From the human T2T-CHM13v2.0 reference genome, Homo sapiens, in the NCBI RefSeq assembly GCF_009914755.1, contig NC_060929.1: a DNA stretch of 64,000 nucleotides; one strand, written 5' to 3'. Every line of letters begins with the position of its first letter. The stretch's first letter is position 1. The notes beneath the pieces were generated by a model. That model ran no database searches and was not told the origin of the DNA. It saw nothing but the letters and a program-made list of their open reading frames with translations. The position numbers and the translations under genes are program-made. Shown here in pieces: positions 1 through 21,116 of this stretch.

Positions 1-98
1 AGAAATACAATTGATAATCAAAATCCTCCCAACAAAGAAAATTCCATGACCAGATGGCTCTGCTGGTGAATTCTGCAAAATATTTAAAGAAAAATTAA

Positions 99-487
<389 letters not shown>

Positions 488-894
488 TCATTTTATGAGG
501 CCACAGTTACCCTGATACAAAAACCATATAAGAACACCATAAAAAAGAAGAAAATTACATGCCAATATCCCTGATAAACATAGATGCAAACATTTCCAAC
601 AAATATTAGCCAACCAAATTCATGATAAAAAGAATAATTACAAAGTACATTAAAAGAAACATTAAACGTATCCCCATGATCAAGTGGGATTTATCTCTGG
701 GATGCAAGAATGTTTCAACACACGCAAATAAATAAATATAATATATGACATTAACAGAATGAAGAACAAATAATGTATAATTATGTTAACAAACGCAGAG
801 AAAGCATTTGACAATATTCAGCATCTTTTCATAATAAAAGTCAACAGACTAGGTAACAAAAGAATGTACCTCAACATAATAAAGATCACATATG

Positions 895-1793
895 TGTCAA
901 CAAAAAGAGTCAAACTCTATAAAACATTTAAAGAGGTTTATTCTGGGCCAAATGTGAGTGACCAAAGCCCAAGGCATAGTCTCAACAAGTCCTGAGAACA
1001 TGTGCCCAAGGTGGTTGAGTTACAGCTTGATTTTATGTTTTAAGGGGACAGAAATTACAGACAGACATCAATCAATATATGTAAGGTGTACACTGGTTTG
1101 GTCTAGAAAGGCAGGACAACTTGAAATGGGGGCTTCCAAGTAATAGGTAGATTAGAAGATTTTCTGGTTGGCAAATGGTTGTGAGTTATCTAAAAGACCT
1201 GGAATCCATAGAAAAGAGTGTCTAGATTAGGATAGGGGGTTGTGGAGACCAAGGTTCTTACATGTAGATGAAGTCTCATAAGTGGCGACCCTTAGAGGCA
1301 ATAGGTGGCAAATGTTTCATATTCAGATCTTTAAAAATTGCTAGACTCTCAGCTAATCAGTCTCTTCGGGATCAGACAAAGACCTGGAAAGGGAAATTTA
1401 CATTCTGTAGAGAATTTACATTTCCCCCACCAGAGGCAGCTTTGCCAGGCTATTTCAAAATATGTCAAAGAAATATGCTTTGGGGTAAAATATTTTAAAT
1501 TCTTTCAGGGCCTGCTATCTGTCATGTGATGCTATATGATAGTCCAGTTGGGATTTGGTATCTTATTGCTACAAAGAGTCTGTTTTGTCAGTCTTAAGAC
1601 CTCTGTTGTAATGTTAATGCTGCTCAGTTGTTCCTGAACTCCAAAGGGAAGAGGACATAATGAGGCATGTCCAACCTCACCTTCCCATCATGGCCTGGAC
1701 TAGTCCTTCAGGTTTACTTGGGAATTCCCTTTCTTGAGAAGAGGGGGTCCATTCAGTTGACTGGGAAGCTTAGAATTTTATTTTTGGTTTACA
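895..1793 (-). mobile_element. Solo ERV1 LTR, MER4 family (MER4D/E-like)
   Basis: Minus strand begins TGTAAACCAAAAATAAAATTCTAAG and ends TTGACA; 4-bp TSD tatg/tatt; L1 resumes on both sides. Confidence 0.85.
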
Positions 1794-2491
1794 TATTATA
1801 AGCTCATAGCTAACATTATCCTCAACACTGAAGTAGTGAAAGCTTTCCTTTAAGATTAGGAACAAGATAAAGGTGTCCACTCTTGCCACATAGTATTGGA
1901 TGTTATAGCCAGAGCAATTGGGCAAAAAAGAAAATTAATAAAAAGCAACCAAATCAGAAAGGAAGAAACATAAATGTCTCTGTTTGGAGATGACATGACA
2001 CGTAGTGAGCCCTAGAGAATCCACTAAAACCTGTTAGAACTTAATAAATGAATTTAGCAAAGTTGTAGGATACAAAATCAACATATAAAATTAGTAGTGT
2101 TTCTATACACTAACAATAAATTGTCTGAAAAGAAATCAAGGAAACAACTTCATTTAAAATAGCATCAAAAAATTAGAAGTAAATTTAGCCAATGAGGTCA
2201 AAGATCTGTACACTGAAAACTATAAGACACTGGTGAAAGAAATGGACTATAACACAAATAAATAGAAATGTATCATGTGTTCATAGAATTAATATTGCTT
2301 AATGTTCATACTACCCAAATCAATTTATAGATTTAATGCAATCACTATTAAAATTCAAAGGCATTTCTCACAGAATTAGAAAACAATCTAAATTCACATG
2401 GGATCACAAAAGACCCTGAATAGCCAAATAAGACTTGAGCAAAAAGAACAAAGTACAAGCATCATACTACCTGATTTCAAATTATGTTATA

Positions 2492-2571
2492 TTAGGTTGG
2501 TGCAAAAGTAATTGTGGTTTTTGCCATTGAAAGTAATAGCAAAGACTGCAAAGACTTTTGCACCAACCTAA
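2492..2571. mobile_element. MADE1 (80-bp Hsmar1 mariner MITE)
   Basis: TIRs ttaggttggtgcaaaagt...acttttgcaccaacctaa, exactly 80 bp, TA duplication on both sides. Confidence 0.95.
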
Positions 2572-4021
2572 TAGTAATTAAAACCATATGGTACTGGCAT
2601 AAAAACAGACATATAGATTAATGGAACAGAATTAAGAGCCAAGAAATAAACCCATGCTATATGGTCAACTAATCTTCAGTAAGATTACCAAGAATACAAA
2701 ATGGATAAATGATAGTTTCTTTAACAAATGGTGTTTGGAAAACTGGATATTTACATGCAACAGAGTGATATTGGACTCATATTTTCCATCACACACAAAA
2801 ATCAATTCAAAATGAATTAAAGATATAAACAAAAGGCCTTAAACTATAAACTCTTAGAAGAAAGCATACAGAAAAATCTCCTTGACATTGATCTTGGCAG
2901 TGATTTTTCACCCTGACACCAAAAGCACAGGCAATGAAAGCAAAAATGAACAAGTAAGATTACATCAAACTAAAAAGCTTTTGCACAGCAAAGGAGATAA
3001 TCAACAAAATAAAAAGCAACATGTGGAATGGGAGAATATTTTCAAAGTATATACCTGATAAAGAGTTAATGTCCAAAATATGTAAGACACTCATACAACT
3101 CAATAACCAAAAATATTCCAATTTTTACAATGGGCAAAGTACATGAATAAACATTTTCCCCAAAAGACATATAAATATTAATAGCCAAGAGATTTATGAA
3201 AAGTGACTCACTATCACTAACCATCAGGGAAATTCAATCAAAAGTATAAGGAGAGATCACCTCATACTTGTTAGACTGGTTATTACTAACTTAAGAAATA
3301 TTACAGGTGTTACTACATTGTTGCTGGGAATATAAATTGATACAGCCACTATGGAAAACAGTATGCAGATTCCTTAAAAAAATACAAATAGAACTATGCT
3401 ACATAGTCTTATATGTAGATAAACCCTAAAGATTCCACAAAAAACTGTTAGAGCTAATACATTTAGTAAAGTTGCAGTGTACAAAATTATATAAAATAAG
3501 TAACCTCATTGATAATTTATAATCCAGCAATCCTGCTTCCGTGCATTTATCCAAAAGAATTGAAGTCAGGATTTCAAAAAGATACTTGCACTTCCATGTT
3601 TATTGTGGCATAGTTCACAGTAGCCAAGATATGAAAACAATCTATTTGCTGACAGATGAATGGATTTAAAAAGTGACATATGTAATGAAATATTACTCAA
3701 CAATAAAAAAGAGGTAATCCCGACACATGGATGAACATGGAGGACATTATGTTAAGTAAAATAAGCCAGACATAAAAATGATCTCACTTATATGTGTAAT
3801 CTAAAATCATCAGTCATAGAATCATAGAGCATAACTGTGATTGCCAGGGAATGAGGGGAGGGAAAAATGGGAAGGTGATATTCAAAAGGTATAAAAAAGT
3901 TTCATTTGTGCAAGATGAAGAAGTTCTGGAGATCTACTATACAGCACAGTGCCTGTAGCTAACAATAAACTATTGTATTCTTAAATTCTGTGAAGAGGGT
4001 AGATCTTATATTCTGCTCATA

Positions 4022-4023
<2 letters not shown>

Positions 4024-4061
<38 letters not shown>

Positions 4062-4068
4062 ACACACA
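4024..4068. repeat. (CA)n microsatellite
   Basis: Seen directly; one interruption. Confidence 0.95.
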
Positions 4069-4304
4069 ATAATTGTAATAATTATAATAAAAGGGGTAGG
4101 AGGAAACTACGGGAGATGATGGATATGTCTATAGTCTTGATGGTGGTGATGATTTGAATGGGTATATACTTATCACCAAACTCTTTGAGTTGTATAAATT
4201 AAATATGTACAGCTTTTTACATGTGAATCATACCTATCATACTTGATAAATGGTTTTATGAAACAAAAAACAAAACAGAAAAATAAATTAACACCTTTAA
4301 ATAA

Positions 4305-5538
4305 ATGTATCCATTTCTTCTAGAATTTCTAGTTTGTGTGAATAGAGGTGTTCATAATAGTCTCTGATAGTTATTTGTATTTTTTTGGCTCAGTGTAATA
4401 TCCCCTTTGTCATTTCTGATTGTGTTTATTTGGATATTTTTTTCTCTTTTCTTTATTAGCCTAGCTAGTGGTCTATATATTTTATTAATTTTTTTCAAAA
4501 TCCAACTCTGGATTCATTGATCTTTTGAATGGTATTTCATATCTCAATCTCCTTCAGTTCAGCTCTGATTTTGTTATGTCTTATCTTCTGCTAACTTTGG
4601 GATTGATTTTCTCTTGGTTCTCTAGTTCTTTTAGTTGTGATAATAGGTTCTTAAATTGAGATCTTTCTAACTTTTTGATGTAGTTGTTTAGTGCTATAAA
4701 GTTCCCTCTTAACAGTGCCTTGGTTGTGTCCCAGAGGTGCTGGTATGTTGTGTCTTTTTTCTCATTAGTTTCAAAGAAATTCTTAATTTCTGCCTTAATT
4801 TCATTATTTACCCAAAAGTCATTCAGGAGTAGGTTATTCAATTTCCATGTAATTGTATTGTTTTGAGTGATTTTGTTAGCCTTGATCTGTAATCGTATTG
4901 AGCTGTGGTCTGAGAGAGCGGTTGTTATGATTTCAGTTCTTTTGCATTTGCTAAGAAGTGTTTTGTGTCTGATTATGTGGTCAGTTTTAAAGTATGTGCT
5001 ATGTAGTGATAAGAAGAATGTATATCCTGTTATTTTTGGGTGGAGAGTTATGTAGATGTCTATGAGATCCATTTGATCCAGTGTGAGTTCAGGTCCTGAA
5101 TATCTTGTTAATTTTCTGCCTCAATAATCTATCTAATACAGTCAGTGGGGTGTTGAAGTCTCCCACTATTATTGTGTGGAAGTCTAAATCTCCTTGAAGG
5201 TCTCCAAGAACTTGCTTTATGAATCTGGGTGCTTTTGTGTTGGGTGCATATATATTCAGGATAGTTATGTTTGTTGAACTGAACCCTTTACCATCATATA
5301 TTGCCTTTCTTTGTCTTTTTGATTATTGTTGGTTTAAAGTCTGTTTTGTCTCAAATTATAATTGCAACTCCTGCTTTTTCCTGCTTTCCATTTGCTTAGT
5401 AGATTTTCCTACATCCCTTTATTTTGAGCCTATGGATGTTGTTGCGTGTGAGATTAGTCTCTTGAAGACAGCATACCATTTGGTCTTGTTTCTTTATCCA
5501 GCTTGCCACTCTGTGCCTTTTAATTGGGGGATTTAGCC
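4305..5538 (-). mobile_element. L1 ORF2 endonuclease-domain fragment, antisense
   Basis: ORF 4581-5072 contains [26 protein letters not shown]; ORF 5396-5599 contains VCCLQET. Confidence 0.92.
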
Positions 5539-5544
5539 AATAAG

Positions 5545-6340
5545 GCAGTTTAAAAAATATTAATAAGAAATTTTCAGAAACATAAATGTAAAATTCCAAT
5601 TAGAAATTTTATAAACTCCAAGCAAATGTTTTTTAAAAAACCTAATATATTATGACTGAATTGAGCTTACCCAGGAATAAAAGGTTAGGTCAACATTGGG
5701 ATATGTATATTTATGTAAGTATTACCTTAATAAGTTAAAGGAGAAAATCTATAAGATTCTCTATAGATGTTAATAAAACATATATAAGTTTCAACATCTA
5801 ACTATGATTTAAAACACTTGTGAATCCAGAAATAAAAGAAAACCTTTTATGAATTAGCAACAGAAGAGCAGTTCTTTCATCTGATAGAAAGCTATTTAAA
5901 AATACCCATAGCTACCATGATACATCATGGTAGGAGGTTTAAACCCAGGAACTTAATGAAGATAACTGCATTAAACATTGCTGTTCAACAATATGCTGGA
6001 ATAGTAATCATTGCAAAAAAAGAAAGAAAGTGAAAAAAGAATTACAATTTCCAGGAAGGAAAAAATAGAATGCCTATTTCCAACAGGTTATATGATAATA
6101 CACATTGGAAATCTGGATTAATCTACAGACAAATTCTTTCAATTTATACTTCATTATGTTCATAAAAATAAGATCAGTAAACAAAATACATTGCATTTTA
6201 TACACCAGCAAAGACAGAAAAACAAACAAATATGCCATGTATAATAACACAAAATGTCACATAGAAATATATTTAATAAAATATTTTTATACTCTTATTA
6301 AGGATTAGATAAGTTTACTAAAATAACTAAAATAAGAGGA
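5545..6340 (+). mobile_element. Highly degraded old L1 ORF2 fragment
   Basis: Weak similarity to the L1 RT region; A-rich. Confidence 0.5.
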
Positions 6341-6344
6341 GAGA

Positions 6345-8381
6345 CACATCTGGCCCTACTGAGCCCCACTGGTCAAGTAGCAACACAATTCCTGATGCTG
6401 TCTTTAAGCCTTACTCAGCGTGGGAGGCAAGTGCACACTGGCAGTTGACCATACAGGGAGCATCTGGCCCTGGCCAACCTCAGCAGCTGAGCAGCGACTC
6501 AGCCAGCCTTGGGTTCTCTTTGCATATTCCCTAGATAGGAAGACAATAGCAGCTCTGTGATTATCTACAGAGGGAGCATCTGATCTTGCCCAGACCCAGT
6601 AGCTATGCAGCAACTCAACCCACCATTGGTGTTCTGCTTAAGGCTACTCTAGACTAGGAGCCAAGCCCAAGTCCACACACATCTGTGGAGCATAGCCTCT
6701 GGCCCTGCCCACCCTGAGTGATCAAGCAGCAACCCCAGAAATCTCACCCAGCCTCAGAGCTCAGCACACGTCCCTGACCAACTACAGATTCCAAACAACA
6801 GTACCATCTAGCAAGAAAGACAACCTCTAACCCTGGACAATCAGGCAACTGCAGAGCCCAATCAGCAGCACCACCTGTCACAGGAGCACAGCCAGCAGTT
6901 CCATTTAATGTCAGAGCACAGGTAGTGGCCCAGCCCAACTAGAGAACCCAACACCCACATCTGCCTGTCTGAGGTTGCTACCAGTTGGCCTATTCAGAAT
7001 CCCAGGCTATATTAAATAGTGAAGACCTCTTACTGAGAAAGAACACTTGCAAAGGCCAGAAAAGGTGGCCATTTCTTCAAATGTGCAGGCACCAACACAA
7101 AGACAGAAGGATTATTTTAAAAATCAAGAAAATATGACACCAAAAGAAACTAATAATGCTCCGGTAATAGACCCTGAAATATGCAAGTCTATGAGACCAC
7201 TAAGAATTTAAGATAATCCCCTTAAAGAAGTTCAGGAAACTACAAGAAAATGCAGATAGAAAATAAATAACATTTGAAAAATGGTTAATGAACAAAAAGA
7301 AAAGCTTGACAAAGGAATAAAAACAATAAAATAGTTAAAATCCTAGAAATGATGAATACAATAACTGAACCAAAATATTAACTAGAAAGCTTCAACAGCA
7401 GACTTGATCAAGGCAAAGAATCACTGGGCTTGAAGACTGGATATTTTAAATTATCCAGTCAGAGAATAAAAAAGAAAAAAGAATAAAAAATGAAAAAGAC
7501 CTATAGGAATTATTGGACACCATTAAGTGTACTGACTTTTGCATAATAGGAGTTTCAGAAGGAGATGAGAGAGAACAAGATCCCGAAGGCATATTTAAGA
7601 AAATAATGGCTGAAAATTTCCCAAATGTGGTGAAACACAAAAATATCCAGGTTCAGGAAGCTTGGATGTCATCAATCAAATTCAACCCAAAGAGGATTTT
7701 ACCAAGATATATCATATTCCAATTATCAAAAAATCAGAGACAAAGAAAGAATACTGAAAGCAGCAAGAGAATGAACCATATCGCATTCAAGAGAGCCCCA
7801 ATATGGTTTTCAGCCTTTCTCTTAGCAGCAATCCTGCATGCCAGGAAAGAATGGCATTATGTATTCAAAGTGTTGAAGGAAAAGATTGCCAATCAAGATT
7901 ACATTACTAGCAAATCTGTCCTTCAGAAATGAGGGAGAAATAAAATCTTTCCCAGACAAACAAAAGCTATGGTAATTAATCATTATTAGATCTATTTTAT
8001 AAATATTACTAAAGGGAGCCCTTTAACTAAAACAAAAGGATTATAATAACAAAAACATATGGAAGTAAAAAACTCACTGGTAAAAATAATATATAGTCAT
8101 ATTCAGAATTCTCTAATACAGTAAGGGTGGTATTTAAAGCTAATTTATCCCTACTGTCACAGTTAAAAGACAAAATTATTAAAAGCACCTATAACTAAAA
8201 TAAATTGTAAAGAAATACAAATTACAAAACATGTAAATTTTGACATCAAAATCATAAGAAGTGGAAAGGAGTGAAAGTGTAGAGTTTTTGTATGTGATTA
8301 AAGTTATCAGAATAAAATAGCCTGTTAAAAGGATATTTTGTGTATGCCTCATGGTAACCACAACACAAAAAAACCACAGCA
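6345..8381 (+). mobile_element. Old L1M 5' UTR plus ORF1 (host element; continues after 15030)
   Basis: ORF 7513-7932 is ORF1p-like (IIGVSEG..FKKIMAENFPN..IQVQEA); GC-rich 5' UTR upstream. Confidence 0.85.
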
Positions 8382-15030
<6,649 letters not shown>

Positions 15031-16693
15031 AAAGCCACAGCAATTGCACAAACAATAAAAAACAAAGGATTCAAAGCATGCAACTGTGAGAAAACATCAA
15101 ATTTCAAAGGAAGACAGCCAGAGAAGAATTAAAAATAAAAGATCTACAAAACCAACATAAAACAAATTATAAAATGGAAGTCTGTACCTATAAATAACCT
15201 TGAATGTAAATGGGTTAAATTCTCCAATTAAAATACATAGACTGGCTGAATGTATTTTTAAAATCAACCATATACTACTGTCTATAAGTGACTCACATTA
15301 CTAGTAAAGACACACAAAGTCTGAAAGTGAGGGGATGAAAAAGGATATTCCATGCAAATAAAAACCAAAAAAAAAAAAAGCAGTGGTAGCTATACTTATA
15401 TGAGACAAAATAGACTTTAAGTATGTAACTATAAAAAGAGAAAAAGGTCATTATGTAATAATAGAGGGTTCAATTTACCAAGAACATATAACAATATAAA
15501 TATATATGCACAAAACATCAAAGCAGTTAGTAAATATTTTAAGGAGAGATAAACTGCAACACAATAGAAGTAGGGAACCTCAAATCCCACTTTCAGCAAT
15601 GAACAGATAATCTAGACACACAATCAATAAGAAAACTTTGGACTTAAACTACATGTTAGAGCAAATGGACTTAATAGCCATATACAGAATATTCTATCCA
15701 ACACCAGTAGAGCACACATTCTTCTCAAGTGCACATTCTCCAGAACATATCATATCTTAGGCCACATAAAAAGTTTTAAATTTAAGAGGATTAAACTCAT
15801 AATAAGTATATTTTCAGACCACAATGGTACAACCTAGAAATCAATAGAAATCTTGGAAAACAGGCAAATATGTGGAAATTAAACAACATGCTTTCAAACA
15901 ACCATCGGGTCGCAGGAAAAAACAAGAATGAAATAAAAAATATTTTGAGACAAGCAAGAATGGAAACACAACACACAAAACTTATGGGGTGCATTAAAGG
16001 CAAAAATGAGAGGGAAATTTATAGCAATAGACATCTGTATCAAAGAAGAAGGATCTCTAATAAACAGCCTAATGTTACACATCAAGGAACTAGAAAAAGA
16101 AAAAAGAATTACATCCAAAGAACAGAACAATAATAAGTAAGGAGACTGACTTAGTAATAAAAATTCTCCCATCAAAGAAAAGCCCAGGACCCAGTGACAT
16201 CACTGATGAATTCTACCAAACATTTAAAGAAAAACTGCCAGCATTTCTCAAACTCTTCCAAAAAATGACAGAGGACATACTTCCAAACTTATTTTACAAG
16301 GTCAACATTACCCTGATACCAATATCAGACAAGGACACTGAAAAAAAAAGAAAACTACAGGCCAATATTCCTGATGAAAATAGATGCAAAAATTCCACCC
16401 CCCACCAAATACTAGTAAACCAAATAAAATAGCACATTAAAAGAATTGCCCACTGTGACCAAGTATGATTTAACCCTAGGATGCAAGGATGGTTCAATAT
16501 ATACAAATATAAATGTCATATAACATATAAGCAAAGTGAAGGATAAAAATCATATGATAATCTCAATTGATACAGAGAAAATATTTGATAAATTCAGCAC
16601 CCTTTCATGATTAAAAATCTCTGAACATATTAGGTATACAGGGAATGTACTTCAATACAATAAAAGCCATATATGACAACCCATAGCTAACAT

Positions 16694-18202
16694 TGCCATG
16701 GCATCCTTTGGGTGTTGCTTTTCCTCTGGAAACCTTTGCCCAAGTTTTTCTTAGGCCCATTGGGCTTGTTCTGCCCCCTTGGCCTTGCAGGCTGTGCTTG
16801 GCTTGTGATACCAGTCCAGATCCCACACCTGCCAAGGGCGAGCCAGGCACAGAGCAGTGAGGAGTGCATGAGTGAGCGAGCACAAAATCTGGCCACTGTG
16901 CACAGCCAGGCATGCTGGCTGCTGTGGTGGAGCAGGCAGCTCTAGGCACCAGCACAGGTGCCAGCTCCATGTAAACCTCTGTGTGGCTAGATCAGATGCA
17001 CTGCAAGTAGCTTCCACTGTAGGCACCTGTGTCTGGACGAGGGGAATGTGGTGGTGCCTGGAAGCTTGGAAATGCCAGAAACCATACAGGCCCAAAGAGG
17101 GTGTCACAGTCCTGGCATGGGAAGCCCCTAGGTCTGGGCTCCTGGAAGGGCTGCAGCTCTTCTCTCCTTCTCATTGTCTGCAACATTGCAAACAGGGCGG
17201 TGTGTATCAGCCCTGTTTGTGTTACAGCTTTTTCAGTCCCACCTTTCAGTGGTTCCCAAGTTCTTGTCCCATATCCAGGAAGAATGTGGTACACAGACAA
17301 CTGGAGGGTAAGGCAGTGAGGAGCTTTATTGAGCAACAGAACAATTCTCAGGAGACCTGAAGTGGGTAGCTCCTTTCTGCAGGCAGGTCATCCCAACAAG
17401 TGGGTAGCTCCTTCCTGCTTCTCACTTCATAGTCCTGATGTCTGTCTGAGTCTAGGGGTTTTTATGGGCCCAGAAGGAAGGGAGTGCATGCTGATTGGTT
17501 CATGGATGGCCATGGGTGGCTGGGAAAAAGCACCATAAATTCTGACTCCAGGCAGTGGACTCCACCCGGAACTGGCAGCCCAGCCCCCAGGCTTCAGGTC
17601 ATCCCTGGCTTGAAGGTAGTTAGGGACCTGCCCCTTTCCACCCAGGAACCTGTTTCCCTTCCACCATCAACATGCCATCCATGGTACCTGGGCTGTTCAT
17701 GCTGAGTTGGACCTGCAGACCTGTGCAGAGCTGCCCTCAGCCATCGTCCTCCCTCCTGTGCTCACTGGTGCTCAAAGTCCAGAAGGAGCTGAGGAGGCAG
17801 AAGCTGTCATGTCAGCACTGCCTCCAGCACATGCATACCTGGCTGGGCACAACAGTGCCCGGACTCGGCTACAACTTTGCTTTGCACTGGAGTGGACACC
17901 AGGAGCAGGGAGAGGGTAGGAAGCAGAAGCAGGCACTTCTGAGCCTGCAGGGGCAGAGAGGGTTTCCAGGGCCCCGAGAGCACAGTGATGCCTGGGTCTG
18001 GAGCTGCGGCTGGGTGACTGCAGTTGTGCCCCAGAGCACAGGACTCCTGCCCCGTGGACTTGGTAGAGAGTGGGGCTCCCCCCATTCCCAGCCCCCTCCC
18101 AGCCCCACCTGGCTCCATGGAGCACATGGCCCCAGCCACACCTCCCCTGCTGCAGCCAGCATCTTCACAGCAACTGCTCCAGACAGGCTGCCACTGTTAT
18201 CA
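16694..18202 (-). mobile_element. Solo LTR, MER52 family (ERV1)
   Basis: Minus strand begins TGATAACAGTGGCAGCCTGTCTGGAGC; GC-rich, 1.5 kb; perfect 4-bp TSD ACAT (16690-16693, 18203-18206). Confidence 0.88.
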
Positions 18203-18279
18203 ACATCATACTTAAACATGAAAAGTGGAACACTTTTCCTGCTAGATCAGGGACAATACAAGAATGCCCATTCTTATAA

Positions 18280-18567
<288 letters not shown>

Positions 18568-20871
18568 ACTTCTTTCTAACATAGTACTGGATGTCCTAAC
18601 CAGCACAGTTAGGCAAAAGAAAGAAAGAAAAGGTATCCACATTGGAAAGAAAAAAGTAAAATTGTCTCTATTTAGTAATAACATCATCTTATATATAGAA
18701 AATCCTAAAGACTTAGCCAAAAAAGTATTGGAAAAGGTAAACAAGTCTAGTAATGTTGAAAGATACAACATCAACATACAAAGATCAGTTTCATTTCTAT
18801 ACACTAATGAAAAACTATCTGAAAAAGATTAAGAAAACAATTCCAATAGCAACAAAAAAGTACTTAGATATAAATTTAACCAGAGATGAAAGACCTGGTT
18901 AAAATTATGGAAAATTATAAAACACTGATTAAAGAAATTGAAGAAAACACAAGCAAATGGAAAACTATCCTGTGTTCATAATTGGAAGAATTAATATTGT
19001 TTTGATGTCCTTGACTAGCAGAGCTGCCGCTTGCCGTAGTGTGCTCTGCAGGAATTGTGGACGAACACAGCTGAAGCTTGCCACTGGCCACTCCATCCCC
19101 TCAACCAGTGACCCTGACCACTTGATTGGTGGAGCTGCTGCCTGCCACATGTGACTCCAGTGATCTAAGGACTTGTGGAGTCACATGTGACCAGACCACC
19201 AGTGAGCCGAAACTTTCAACTGTCAGAGGTGCTGTACACCACACATGTTCCCCAGGAATTGGGAATTAGCCTGCCCAGCATCTGCTCCCACCAGAAATAC
19301 CACCCCCTGGAACAGTGGAGGCACCACACACTGCCTGCATCCCCCAGGGTTCCAAGGACTGGCGCACTCAGCACCTGCTGCCATGACTTCATATCCTTGA
19401 TTGGCAGAGTGACTACATGCTGCACGCAGCCCCCCAGGAGTCTCAGGAACAGCCCATTTGGTGTCCACCACTGATGGTGGCCATATCTCATTTACTTGCA
19501 GAGCTGCTGCATGCTACGTGCATCGTCTAGGACTCCAGGTACTGGCCCACTCAGCACCTGGCACCTCTAGTAACCTTGCCTCCTCGACTGGTACACCCCT
19601 GGGACCAAGTGACCAGTGGAGCTGTCATGTTTGGTGTGCACTGCCCTTGCCTAAAAACCAGCCTAGCTGGTGGCCCCAGCTCCCTGCAAAGCTGTGCCAT
19701 TGCCTCCAAAACTACACACAGCCTACAACATTGACACACTTGAAGGTACTTCCAATGTTGATTACAGCTGAAGCAGTTACATGGAAATTATTAATATAAT
19801 ACAGCACCCACGTATCCAACCAACACCATAGGACTCATCTACAGGAAAACATCTTTGCCTATAAAAGTTTCCACCTCAGGGAACTAGAAAAATAAAAAAA
19901 AGAAGCCCCAAGTTGAAAATGTTTGAAATAACAAAAATTAGAGCAGAAATAGAGAGTAGAAAAACAGAAGAAAACATCAACAAAACTAACAGGTGGTTTA
20001 TATATAATGTTATTCCATAAAATTGGAAGAGGTTATTGTTCCACCAAATTTGCAGATATCAATGTAGGAACCCAAGAAACATGAAAATCCAAGGAAATAT
20101 GACACCTCCAAAGGAACACAGTAATTCTTCAGTAACAGACTCCAAGGAAAATAAAATCTATGAATGCCTGAAAAGGAGTTCAAAATAATGATCTTAAGAA
20201 CACTTAGTGAGACACAAGAGACTAGAAATGGAGAATTTAACAAAATCAGGAAAACAATTTTTCATCTAAATGAAATACTTTTTAAAAGCCCCTTTCCCCA
20301 TTTAAAAAAAAAAAAGAAATATTCAACAGAGAGACAGATACTACAAAACAGAGCTAAACAGGAATCTTGGAGCTAAGGAATTCAATGAATGAAATAAAAA
20401 CATTGCCATTTGATGGATTACTATAGTGATAAAATTTGATTCCTTTCAAATTTATACAGGAGATAAATCAGAAGAAAGAATTTCTGAACTTGAAGACAGG
20501 TATTTTGAAATAACCCAGTCTGATGAAAAAAAGAAAGAGAAAAAAGAATGAAGAAAGTATACAGGACTTATGAAATACCATTAAGTGAAAAAATTTTCAT
20601 ATTATGTGAGTTTCAGAAGAAGAGATGAGAGATGGTGTAAATAACCTATTTAATAAAATAATAGCTGAAAACTTTGCAAGTCCTGGAAGAGATGTGGACA
20701 TCCAGTTCCAGGAAGCTTAAAAGTTTCCAAAATATTCAACACAAAAAGGTCCTCTACATGGCACATTTTAGTCAAATTGTCAAAAGGACAAACAGAGAAT
20801 TCTAAAATGAGCAAGATAAAAGTGTCATGCTACGTACAAGAGAATTCCCATCAGACTAACAACAGATTTCT

Positions 20872-21116
20872 TTCCTTCTTCCTTCCTTCCTTCCTTCCTT
20901 TCTTTCTTTTTTTTTTTTTTGATGGAGTCTTGCTCTGTCGCCAGGCTGGAATCCACTGGCACGATTTCGGCTCACTGCAGCCTCTGACTCCCTAGTTCAA
21001 GTGATTATCCTGCCTTAGCCTCTCGAGTAGCTGGGATTACAGGCACGCACCACCACACCCAGCTAATTTTTGTATTTTTAGTAGAGACGGGGTTTCGCCA
21101 TGTTGGTCAGGATGGT
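20872..21116 (-). mobile_element. 5'-truncated Alu with (TTCC)n tail
   Basis: TSD aaca(a/g)cagatttct on both sides. Confidence 0.9.

Noticed and set aside
19011-19740. Spaced gagctgctgc repeats as a CRISPR-like array
   Set aside because: Degenerate and irregularly spaced; runs into L1 ORF1, so these are 5' UTR monomers.
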